Made by a program: the position numbers and the translations under genes
Notes under the pieces: model-generated
What the model was told of the DNA's origin: nothing
Database searches by the model: none
The model's input: only the letters and a program-made list of their open reading frames with translations
NCBI GenBank assembly: GCA_050916045.1
Contig: CP051526.1
Span: 3,936,001 to 4,000,000 of the forward strand
DNA: 64,000 bases
Source: Tepidisphaera sp.
GTDB taxonomy: Bacteria > Planctomycetota > Phycisphaerae > Phycisphaerales > UBA1924
Reading direction: 5' to 3'
Part shown: positions 31,608 through 40,221 of the stretch, piece by piece
Layout: the number at the start of each line of letters is the position of its first letter
How positions within the stretch are numbered: position 1 is the first letter of the stretch

Positions 31608-31695
31608 CCCCCCTGCATCGCCCCCACCCCCACACCCCCTTCAGCCAAGCCCGCGTTTTTTGTGAAATAACGTGGGGGCGGACGCTGACGGCGGC

Positions 31696-31830
31696 CCGTC
31701 GACCACCGACGACCACCCGTCAACCACCGACGACCGGTCGTCAGCCCCCGACGACCGCTCATCGGCCATCGCCGAAGCGCCGTCGGCCACCGACGACCGC
31801 CCGCCAGCGCCCGACGAGCGGCCGTCACGC
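31696..31830. repeat. Degenerate 21-bp tandem array (6 units plus a partial one); consensus unit palindromic (CGTCR-N5-CGACG)
   Basis: CCGTCGACCACCGACGACCAC / CCGTCAACCACCGACGACCGG / TCGTCAGCCCCCGACGACCGC / TCATCGGCCATCGCCGAAGCG / CCGTCGGCCACCGACGACCGC / CCGCCAGCGCCCGACGAGCGG / CCGTCACGC. Confidence 0.9.
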
Positions 31831-31862
31831 GCTGGCGGGGGGAACGAAAGGCAGGAATGCGC

Positions 31863-31948
31863 ACCACAGAGGCGCAGAGACACCGAGAAGGGCCTATGGA
31901 AGAGGCCAAACCGTTCCGTCTTCCTCTGTGCCTCTGCGCCTCGGTGGT
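31863..31948. repeat. REP-like inverted repeat built from CACAGAG-type units
   Basis: ACCACAGAGGCGCAGAGACACCGAG (31863-31887) versus CTCTGTGCCTCTGCGCCTCGGTGGT (31924-31948): 22 of 25 positions complementary. Confidence 0.85.
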
Positions 31949-31992
31949 AGATTCCGTCTTGCCTGAGGGCCGGGATCAGATAGGCTCTGCCC

Positions 31993-32574
31993 ATGGCACG
32001 CGGGCGCAAGCGGTTCATCGCGGGGTGGGGGCTGGTGGGGCTCGGCCTCGCAGGTGTTGGTGCGATCGCGGTGTCCAGCCGGTACTCCATCGGCAAGTCA
32101 TGGGCGCAGGACCCATCCGCTCCCAGCTCGATCTACGCGTTGACGCTGGGACGAGGGCAAGTCTCCGCGGCAGTTCTCGGGGAAGTTCCTCACCCCGCCA
32201 CAAACGACTCCATCAACGGACAGAACATTCTCGCGGCCACGCAACGCGCGGTGAGAACCCGTCGCGAGGATCGCGTCACGCTGCGCTGGTGGAGGCCCGA
32301 CGGGATCGGAATCGCCGAAGGGTGGAGCGAGCGCACGGTGTATGGACATCACACAGGGGCCATCGTGCTTCTCTGGCCGCTCGTGCTCATCGCCTTGGCG
32401 AGCGGTACGCCCCTGATCGTCTCCGCGCGACGCGTGAGGAGGAAGACCCGGAGCGAACTTTGCACCGCCTGCGGATATGACATGAAGGGTCTCGCGGCGG
32501 GGGCGGGGTGTCCGGAGTGCGGGAAGGCTGTCAGAGCCCGACGCGCCAGCGAGGGGGAGTCGGCGAAGGTGTGA
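31993..32574 (+). CDS. Hypothetical membrane protein with C-terminal zinc ribbon
   Basis: Two hydrophobic segments; CTACGYDMKG...CPECG. Confidence 0.75.
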   Translation: MARGRKRFIAGWGLVGLGLAGVGAIAVSSRYSIGKSWAQDPSAPSSIYALTLGRGQVSAAVLGEVPHPATNDSINGQNILAATQRAVRTRREDRVTLRWWRPDGIGIAEGWSERTVYGHHTGAIVLLWPLVLIALASGTPLIVSARRVRRKTRSELCTACGYDMKGLAAGAGCPECGKAVRARRASEGESAKV

Positions 32575-32697
32575 CGAAACACGACCCGCTCGTTCGGAAG
32601 AGAAGGCTGGTTTGATGCGGGCATGACGCGACGCCCGAAGCGCACGATGGAGGGGTGGGGGTCGCCGCTTCTCCCTCGCTGGCGCGTCGGGCTCTGA
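32531..32697. repeat. REP-like 25-bp perfect inverted repeat pair
   Basis: TCAGAGCCCGACGCGCCAGCGAGGG (32531-32555) and its exact reverse complement (32673-32697). Confidence 0.88.
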
Positions 32698-32702
32698 AAG
32701 AG

Positions 32703-33704
32703 CTATCCGCCCATCGCTTGCAGCATGGCTTTGCCCATGTCCGCGGGGGACATCGCGACGGTGACGCCGGCATCCTTGAGGGCTTTGATCTTTGCATCCG
32801 CGGTGTCGTCCGCGCCGCCGATGATCGCGCCGGCGTGGCCCATGCGCCTTCCCGGCGGAGCCGTTCTCCCGGCGATGAAGCCCGCGACGGGCTTCTTGAG
32901 CTTGCCCGAGCGGCGGGCGTCGGCGACCCACTTGGCCGCTTCGATCTCGTCGGTACCGCCGATCTCGCCGATCATGAGGATGCCGTGCGTGTCCGGGTCC
33001 TCGGAGAAGAGCTCGAGGCAGTCGATGTGGTTGAGGCCGCGGACAGGATCGCCGCCGATGCCCACGCACGTGGACTGGGCGAAGCCGAGCTGGCTGGTCT
33101 GCCACACGGCTTCGTACGTGAGCGTGCCGGAGCGCGAGACGATGCCGATGGCTTTCCCGCGCTTGGATTCGGAGATGTGGGTGTTGATGTAGCCGGGCAT
33201 GATGCCGATCTTGCAGCCGGCGGAGGTGTACGGCTTGCCGGGCTCGCCGGTCATCGATTCCATGTTCGTGCGGGGGCCGGGGGTGATGACGCCCGGGCAG
33301 TTGGGCCCGACGAGGATGAACCTGCGGTTGATCGCCGGGGCGTTGGCGCCGCCGTTGAGTTCGTCGAGGATCGCCCGGGCCCGGATCATGTCCTGAACCG
33401 GGGTGCCCTCGGTGATGCAGCAGATGACGCGGATGCCCGCGTAGGCGGCTTCGATGATGGCGTCGGCCGCGCCGGCGGGGGGGACGAAGATCATGGTCGC
33501 ATCGGCACCGGTGGCTTTCGCGGCCTGAGCGACGGTGTCGAAGATCGGCAGGCCGTTGGGGTCCTTCGTGCCGCCCTTGCCGGGGGTCACGCCGCCCACC
33601 ATCTTGGTCCCGTACAGGAGGCAGCCCTTGGTGTGGACCGCCCCGAAGGAGCCGGTGATCCCCTGGCAGATGACTTTGGTCGACGCGTTCACGAGAATGG
33701 CCAT
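32703..33704 (-). CDS. sucD: Succinyl-CoA synthetase alpha subunit
   Basis: [58 protein letters not shown]. Confidence 0.97.
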   Translation of the reverse strand: MAILVNASTKVICQGITGSFGAVHTKGCLLYGTKMVGGVTPGKGGTKDPNGLPIFDTVAQAAKATGADATMIFVPPAGAADAIIEAAYAGIRVICCITEGTPVQDMIRARAILDELNGGANAPAINRRFILVGPNCPGVITPGPRTNMESMTGEPGKPYTSAGCKIGIMPGYINTHISESKRGKAIGIVSRSGTLTYEAVWQTSQLGFAQSTCVGIGGDPVRGLNHIDCLELFSEDPDTHGILMIGEIGGTDEIEAAKWVADARRSGKLKKPVAGFIAGRTAPPGRRMGHAGAIIGGADDTADAKIKALKDAGVTVAMSPADMGKAMLQAMGG

Positions 33705-33894
33705 AGGCGGGGAGTGTAGACGCCGGGCGGCCACCCGCGTGTTTCGGGACCAGCGGTCGGCTTGCGTCGAGCCCCCGCTCCGCCAAGAATGATCTGAATC
33801 CGTCCCGACCCCTGAGCGAACTGGGGAAGGTGAGGGGGCGAGGTCGGGGGAGACTGGGTGTGGGGGTTTGGGGGTGTGGGGGACCGGAGCATTC

Positions 33895-35361
33895 ATGGCC
33901 ACGTACCGACCGCCGAGCGAACTGCCGCACCTTGACGCCCTGGACCCGGGGCTGCTTGAAGCGGTCGCCGCCGGCGAAGCCCGCCTCACGCCCGAGCAGG
34001 GGCTCGCCATCCTGACCAAAGCCCAGACGCCCACGCTCGGCCGCTGGGCCGACGCCCGCTGCCGCGAGATCCATGGCGACAGCATCCGCACATACATCAT
34101 CGACCGGAACATCAACTACACGAACGTCTGCTCCGCCAAGTGCACGTTCTGCGCGTTCCGCCGCGACGCGACCGACCACGACGCGTACGTCCTGCCCACC
34201 GAGACCATCCACCAGAAGATCGCCGAGCTTGAAGCCATCGGCGGAACGCAGATCCTGATGCAGGGCGGGATGAACCCGGATCTGCCCCTGGACTACTACA
34301 TCACGCTTCTCCAATCAATCAAGGAGAAGTTCCCCAAGATCCACATCCACGCGTTCAGCCCGCCGGAGTTCATCGAGTTCGTGCACTTCTTCGATCCGCC
34401 CGGAGCGAACCTCGAGGAGAAGATCCGCTGGGTCATGGTGCGCCTCCGCGATGCGGGGCTCGACAGCCTGCCGGGCGGCGGCGGCGAGATCTTCGCCCGC
34501 CCCGTGCGCCAGAAGATTGGCATGGGCAAGTGCGACGCGGAAAGCTGGCTCACCGTCATGTATGTCGCGCACACGCTCGGTATGTTCACCAGCGCGACGA
34601 TGATGTTCGGGCATATCGAGGGATACGCCGACCGCGTCCACCACATGATGCTTGTCCGGCAGTGGCAGGACCGCGTGCTGAGCGAAAGCGGTGCACCTTC
34701 GGGCGCGCCGGCTCGCGGGTCGGGCCGCGCGAAGTTCGAGGGGATGGGCCACTACAAAGCGTTCATCTCCTGGCCCTTCCAGCGCGAGAACACGCCCCTC
34801 GGCCGCGTCAAGGACTGGGGCGCGAACCCCGGCGAGATCGACAAGCCCTTCCCCGGCGACCTCGTCGCCGCCGCCCACGCGTGGGGCGCGAACCCGGACG
34901 TCGACTACCGCGATCTCGGGCCTGACGCGGCGGAGTTCGGCCGCCGCGTGCGCATGAGCGGGTCCACCGATTACCTCCGCACGCAGTCGCTTTCGCGGCT
35001 CTTCCTCGACAACATCTACTCGATCGGCGCCTCGTGGGTCACGATGGGCCCGCACGTCGGACAGGTGGGCCTGAACTTCGGCGCCAGCGACATGGGAAGC
35101 GTCATGATGGAGGAGAACGTCGTCTCTTCCGCGGGCACGACCTACTGCCTCGACGAAGCGGTGCTCTGCAGGCTGATCCGCGAGTCGGGGTTCGTCCCCG
35201 CCCAGCGGAACAACACGTACGACATCCTCAAGCTTCAGAGCGGGCCGGAAGCGCCGGACCTGGTCGTCACCGACTGGAGCCAGCACCGGGCACGCAAGAT
35301 GCACCAGGAAGCACCGCGGCAGCCCAAGCCCACGCCGGTTACCGTCGGCATCAGCAAGTAA
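33895..35361 (+). CDS. mqnC: CofH-family radical SAM enzyme, probable cyclic dehypoxanthinyl futalosine synthase
   Basis: [64 protein letters not shown]. Confidence 0.85.
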   Translation: MATYRPPSELPHLDALDPGLLEAVAAGEARLTPEQGLAILTKAQTPTLGRWADARCREIHGDSIRTYIIDRNINYTNVCSAKCTFCAFRRDATDHDAYVLPTETIHQKIAELEAIGGTQILMQGGMNPDLPLDYYITLLQSIKEKFPKIHIHAFSPPEFIEFVHFFDPPGANLEEKIRWVMVRLRDAGLDSLPGGGGEIFARPVRQKIGMGKCDAESWLTVMYVAHTLGMFTSATMMFGHIEGYADRVHHMMLVRQWQDRVLSESGAPSGAPARGSGRAKFEGMGHYKAFISWPFQRENTPLGRVKDWGANPGEIDKPFPGDLVAAAHAWGANPDVDYRDLGPDAAEFGRRVRMSGSTDYLRTQSLSRLFLDNIYSIGASWVTMGPHVGQVGLNFGASDMGSVMMEENVVSSAGTTYCLDEAVLCRLIRESGFVPAQRNNTYDILKLQSGPEAPDLVVTDWSQHRARKMHQEAPRQPKPTPVTVGISK

Positions 35362-35378
35362 GCGGCCCCGAGGACGAC

Positions 35379-36872
35379 TCAGGAACCAAAGCCGCCGAAC
35401 CGCTTGGCTTGGAACGTCGCGTCGTCCATCAGGTAAAGCCCGACCAGCCAGTCTCCCGCGAGGTACGGCTTGACGCTGAGCTTGCCCGTGACCACGCCGA
35501 AGGTCGCGAGGCGGTCGTCCTTCGACACTTTGTCGGCGAGGCGCACCTCGACCGCGTCGTACGGCGTCGGGGGGACGCCGATGCAGCAGCCGTCCCACTG
35601 GTTGAGCATGCTCAGCAGTTCCTTGGGCTCTTCCACGTAAAGCGTGAACGCGACATAGCCGGTGAGCTTGACCCATTTGCCATCGAGCATCATGACGCGG
35701 CCGGGGAGCTTTTTCTGACCTTTGCGCGGGTCGTAGACGTCCTGAGCGGAGATCAGCATCTCCCACGTGACCTCGTAGGGCTTTTCCTTGGTGCCCTCGC
35801 CCTTGACGATGAACTTGTCATCGACGAGGATGGAGCCGTCGTCTTTCTTCTCGATCTTGGCTTCGGAAGCGACCTCGGGCGGCGTCTGGTTGTTCTGCGC
35901 GGTGGATGGCGCGGGGGTCGCGGGCGCGGCGGCGGGCGGGGCTTTGACCGCCGTCATCGTGAGCGGGGTGACCTGCCCGCGGGGCAGTGCGAGAATCTCA
36001 GCGGCCGAAGCGACAAGCGCCGCGCCCGAGGGGTCCTTGCCGGTCACCATGCCGACAACTTCGCCGCGATCGCTGACAAGCGGCATCCCCACGGGGTTGC
36101 TGGGCAGCGAAGCTTTGATCTGCACGCGACGACCCTGCAGGGTGTCGGTGCGATAGCCGAGCACCGTCGCCACGACGGTGGGTGAGCCCTTGAGCGGAAG
36201 GAGAAACTGCTGCGAATCCGCTGGCGCCTCGGCGGTGGCAAAGCGGAGCACGGTCGAGCCGGGAACGGCACGGGCGAGGCGCAGGATCGCGATGTCGCGG
36301 GACTGATCGATCGTCACGGTGCCGATGATCGGGATCGTCAAGCCGCCGGCGGTCGTGACCAGCCCCGACACGGCGCTGTCGAGCAGATGCGCGGGGCTGA
36401 CCACGAGGTCGGCGGTCATCTGGAACCCGGCGCGGGTAGCAAGCGGCTTGCCGTCGGACCCGGTGAGGGAGACGCGAACGACGCCGGACTGGGCGGTCGC
36501 GGGATCGGTCGCGAAGGAACCGGAGACCTGCCCGCCTTTGGGCTCATCCTGTGAAGCGGGAGCGGCGGCGGGAGCGGCTTCGGGCTTGGTTTCGGGTTTG
36601 GTTTCCGGCTTGGCCGTCGCTTCGGCTTCCGGTTTGGACGCTCCCGTCGCGGGGACCGATTCGCGTGCCTTGTTGTCGGGAGCGACCGTCGCGTCCGCCT
36701 GCTTGGGCAAAGCGGCTTTGGCTTGGGCTTCGGCGACCGCTTTGGCGGCATCGCGAGCGACGGCTTCGGAGTTGCGTGCGGCGGTGGCCGATCGCTGGGC
36801 CACGCGGGCGGTGTAGATCCAGCCGCCCGCGAGGAGCCCGGTGACCAGAAGCAGAATCCAGAACAAACGCAT
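35379..36872 (-). CDS. Membrane-anchored DUF3299-domain protein with an internal degenerate trypsin-like domain
   Basis: N-terminal TM; C-terminal VTWEML...LDGKWVKLTGY...CCIGVPP; middle region VVSPAHLL...DIAILRL...GMPLVSDRGEVVGM. Confidence 0.75.
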   Translation of the reverse strand: MRLFWILLLVTGLLAGGWIYTARVAQRSATAARNSEAVARDAAKAVAEAQAKAALPKQADATVAPDNKARESVPATGASKPEAEATAKPETKPETKPEAAPAAAPASQDEPKGGQVSGSFATDPATAQSGVVRVSLTGSDGKPLATRAGFQMTADLVVSPAHLLDSAVSGLVTTAGGLTIPIIGTVTIDQSRDIAILRLARAVPGSTVLRFATAEAPADSQQFLLPLKGSPTVVATVLGYRTDTLQGRRVQIKASLPSNPVGMPLVSDRGEVVGMVTGKDPSGAALVASAAEILALPRGQVTPLTMTAVKAPPAAAPATPAPSTAQNNQTPPEVASEAKIEKKDDGSILVDDKFIVKGEGTKEKPYEVTWEMLISAQDVYDPRKGQKKLPGRVMMLDGKWVKLTGYVAFTLYVEEPKELLSMLNQWDGCCIGVPPTPYDAVEVRLADKVSKDDRLATFGVVTGKLSVKPYLAGDWLVGLYLMDDATFQAKRFGGFGS

Positions 36873-36926
36873 GATCGCCTCGCCTTTCACGCTGGTGCGT
36901 GCTTGGGATCTTTTCGGCCGCGGGGA

Positions 36927-38261
36927 TCAGCCCACGGGCCTGAGATTATTCGCAACCGGCGTCCGGTACGCGAGGATCGCCGGCAGGAGGCCGGCCAGCG
37001 CCGCCAGGATAACCACTCCCACCACCACGCCCAGGGTCAGGTCAGGCGGCAGCATCGGCGTCACGAAAACACCGTACTTCGCGCTCAGAAGCCAGGAAAC
37101 CAGCGTCCCGCCGATCAGCGAGAGGAAGACGCCCGCGAGCGCGCCCATCAGGCCTATGACGGCCGCTTCCGTCAGCACAAGCCCGAAGACACCCATGCGG
37201 CTGCACCCCAGCACGCGAAGGATCGCGATCTGACGCTTGCGCTGCTCCATCGAGTTGTAGAGGGCGATCGAGATCGAGAGGCCGCTGCCCACGAGCACGA
37301 CCAGCGCCATCCCGAGCAGGATCACGTCGAAGGTGCCGACGATCGCGAAAAGCCGGTCCAGCTCCTGCCGCGGGGACGCGACGGTGATGCTGGTGTCCGA
37401 CCGCAGCGTGTTGAAGACCTGGGGCAACGCCGCGGACGCGTCGGACCCCTTCCGCGTGGGCACGCGGAGGTAGATCCCGGTGATCAGGCGGTCCGAATCG
37501 ATCAGGTCCTCCTCGCCGAGGGGCGCGCCCTCGTGGCTGTGGCCCTCGTGGTGCTCGTGGTCAAGCTTGCCCTCACGCTCCAGGCGGTCAAAGGCATGCA
37601 TCAGCCAACTGCTCCGGAGCGAGACGAACAGGGCGCGGTCGTGCGAGCTTCCGGTGCGGGCGAGCACGCCGACGACCTTGAACTTGAACTCATCGTGGAC
37701 GTGGCCCTCGTGGCCGCCGCGCGAATCGCTCGACCCGTGCGTGAAGACGATCGAATCACCGAGCTTGAGCCCGCCGCGCGTCGCCGCATCGGCTCCGAGA
37801 ACGACCTCGAGGTCCGCACCAAAGAACTCACCCTGCGTGAGCTTCCACGGCTCGCCCGGCACGGGCTCGAACCTCGTGAAGAACTCGCGGCTGGTCGCGA
37901 CCACAGGCATGCCGCGGTAGCTGTCGCCGATCTGGATCGGGATCGCGAACCCGGGCGACATCGAGTCGGGCACTTCCGACGGGCCGAACCTCGCGATCTG
38001 CTCGAACTTCGAGTAAAGCAGCGCGTTCCGCGGAATCCCCGCGTAGTAGATGTTGTTGAGGACGCCGCTGAGAGGACTGGGGTCGTTCACCACCAGCATG
38101 TGCATCGTGCCGGCACCGCGCTCGAACGAACGCTTGCCCGACTCCGCCATCGTCAGAAGCGTGAGCAGAAGCCCGACCGCGACCGCCACGGAAAGGACCG
38201 TCGCGCCCGTCGAGAACCGCCGGGCCGCCAAGCTCCGCAGGATGATCGTCCATGAATTCAT
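36927..38261 (-). CDS. ABC transporter permease (MacB/FtsX family) with His-rich periplasmic loops
   Basis: IPIQIGDSYRG, HEGHVHDE, HEHHEGHSHEG, RQIAILRVLG, PAILAYR. Confidence 0.9.
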   Translation of the reverse strand: MNSWTIILRSLAARRFSTGATVLSVAVAVGLLLTLLTMAESGKRSFERGAGTMHMLVVNDPSPLSGVLNNIYYAGIPRNALLYSKFEQIARFGPSEVPDSMSPGFAIPIQIGDSYRGMPVVATSREFFTRFEPVPGEPWKLTQGEFFGADLEVVLGADAATRGGLKLGDSIVFTHGSSDSRGGHEGHVHDEFKFKVVGVLARTGSSHDRALFVSLRSSWLMHAFDRLEREGKLDHEHHEGHSHEGAPLGEEDLIDSDRLITGIYLRVPTRKGSDASAALPQVFNTLRSDTSITVASPRQELDRLFAIVGTFDVILLGMALVVLVGSGLSISIALYNSMEQRKRQIAILRVLGCSRMGVFGLVLTEAAVIGLMGALAGVFLSLIGGTLVSWLLSAKYGVFVTPMLPPDLTLGVVVGVVILAALAGLLPAILAYRTPVANNLRPVG

Positions 38262-38944
38262 GAGAGCACCCCCGCGCGACCCGCGCCCAGTTCGGCGAAT
38301 CCCACCCGCCGCGAGAACCGCGAAGCCATCGCCGGATCGTGGCTGACGCAGAGCAGCGCCGCCCCCCGCGAGCGGCACGTCTCCTGAATCAGCGTCATCG
38401 TCGCCGCGGAGTTCTCCGGGTCCAGGCTCGCCGTCGGCTCATCCGCGAGCACGAGCACCGGATCCGTCACGACCGCCCGCGCGACCGCGACTCGCTGCTG
38501 CTGCCCTACCGACATCGCATCCACCGGCCGGTCGATATCCGTCAGGCCAAGCGCCCCCAGAGCATCGACCGCTCGCTTGCGGTGCTCACCCCGGGGCCAC
38601 TCGGAGAACATCAGCGCGGCCATCACGTTCTCCGCCGCCGAAAAGCCCGAGAGCAGGTTGAACGTCTGGAAGATCATGCCCAATCGCTTGCCGCGGAAGA
38701 GGTCGCGAGCAGCTCCCCGCTTGGCGTGCATGGCTTCGCCCCCCAGCTTGACCTCCCCCTCGGAAGGGTCGAGCAGCCCGGCGATAAGTTGCAGCAGCGT
38801 GCTCTTGCCGACGCCCGAACCACCGGTGATCAGCACCTGTTCGCCCTTGGCGAGCGAAAAAGCCGCCACATCAACCGTCCAGGGACCGGACGGCGTGTAT
38901 CGGTACCTCAGCCCGCGAATCTCGAGCGCGGCGGCCGCGCTCAC
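38258..38944 (-). CDS. ABC transporter ATP-binding protein
   Basis: GGSGVGKST, IFQTFNLL, MSVGQQQRVAVARA, LADEPTASLD; GTG start inferred. Confidence 0.92.
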   Translation of the reverse strand: MSAAAALEIRGLRYRYTPSGPWTVDVAAFSLAKGEQVLITGGSGVGKSTLLQLIAGLLDPSEGEVKLGGEAMHAKRGAARDLFRGKRLGMIFQTFNLLSGFSAAENVMAALMFSEWPRGEHRKRAVDALGALGLTDIDRPVDAMSVGQQQRVAVARAVVTDPVLVLADEPTASLDPENSAATMTLIQETCRSRGAALLCVSHDPAMASRFSRRVGFAELGAGRAGVLS

Positions 38945-39040
38945 GCTTTCGTGCTTCGAAGTCAAGCGAATGCTCCTGTGCGGCAGAGCGTACGCGGAGC
39001 CGCCCGAAAAGGTTCGGCCCCGCCCGCCATAAACTGCCCC

Positions 39041-40207
39041 GTGATCGACCTGGACCACAACGCGACCACCAAACCTTCCCCGGGCGTCGTCGAAGCGGTC
39101 GCCCGCGGACTGACCGAACTGTGGCATAACCCCTCCAGCGTCCACCGCGCCGGACAAGCCGCCCGGGCCGCGATGGAACGGGCCCGACGGTCCGTCGCCG
39201 ACCTCCTCGGCGCCTCCCCCCGCGAGATCGTGCTCACCTCGGGCGGCACCGAAGCCATCAACCTCGCGATCCGCGGGTTCCTCGATGCCGTCGGCCCGCG
39301 ACAGCCCCCCCCCGCTCTCATCACCACCCGGACCGAACACGCCGCCGTCCGCGACCTCGCGGAGGAACTCGCTCGAACCGGCAAAGCCCGTGTCACCTGG
39401 GTCGACGTCGATCGCCGGGGCGTCGTGGATCCCTCGGCGCTCGAGCGGGCTTGCGAACAAGCCGCCGGGATTCACCTCGCGTGCGTCCAGTGGGCCAACA
39501 ACGAGACCGGCGTCATCCAGCCCGTCGCCGAGATCGCGCGAATCTCCCGGCACCACGGAGGAGTGTTCCTCTGCGACGCCACCCAGTGGGTCGGCAAGAT
39601 GCCGGTGGGTTCGCTCGACCCGTTCGACATGCTCGTCTTCGCGCCGCACAAGTTCCATGGGCCCAAAGGCGTCGGCGTGTTCTGGTCGCGTCGCGGCGTG
39701 CGATACCGACCCACCGCGCTGGGCTCGCAGGAGCTCGGCCGCCGCGGCGGTACGGAGAACCTCCCGGGAATCCTCGGCGCCGGCGTCGCGAGCGATGAAG
39801 CCGCTTCCTGGCTCGCCGACCCCCTCGCGCGAAGCTCGCTCGCGGGCCTTCGCGACCGCCTCGAGCAGACCATTCTCGCCGCCATTCCGGACGCAAGCGT
39901 CAACGGCGCCGGCGGCGACCGACTCTGGAACACCACCAACATCGCGTTCCCCAAACTCGAAGCCGAAGCCATCCTGCTCGCTCTTTCCGAACAGGGTGTC
40001 AACGCCAGCGCCGGAGCCGCCTGCTCATCCGGAAGCCTCGACCCCTCGCCCGTCCTGCTCGCGATGGGCGTCCCGCCCGAAGCCGCCCACGGCTCGGTCC
40101 GCTTCAGCCTTTCGCGGCACTCGACCCTCGACGAGATCGACCGCGCCGCGGCGATCGTGATCGCCGTCGTCCGCCGCTTGTACGCGTCCATGTCGGGCCT
40201 GAGCTAA
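39041..40207 (+). CDS. Cysteine desulfurase (IscS/NifS class I)
   Basis: DLDHNATT, NPSSVH, TSGGTEA, ANNETG, HKFHGPKG, SAGAACSSG. Confidence 0.95.
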   Translation: MIDLDHNATTKPSPGVVEAVARGLTELWHNPSSVHRAGQAARAAMERARRSVADLLGASPREIVLTSGGTEAINLAIRGFLDAVGPRQPPPALITTRTEHAAVRDLAEELARTGKARVTWVDVDRRGVVDPSALERACEQAAGIHLACVQWANNETGVIQPVAEIARISRHHGGVFLCDATQWVGKMPVGSLDPFDMLVFAPHKFHGPKGVGVFWSRRGVRYRPTALGSQELGRRGGTENLPGILGAGVASDEAASWLADPLARSSLAGLRDRLEQTILAAIPDASVNGAGGDRLWNTTNIAFPKLEAEAILLALSEQGVNASAGAACSSGSLDPSPVLLAMGVPPEAAHGSVRFSLSRHSTLDEIDRAAAIVIAVVRRLYASMSGLS

Positions 40208-40221
40208 GCCCGGCGCCCCAC

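Noticed and set aside
31696..31830. CRISPR array
   Set aside because: Units are contiguous with no unique spacers, and there are no cas genes in the window.
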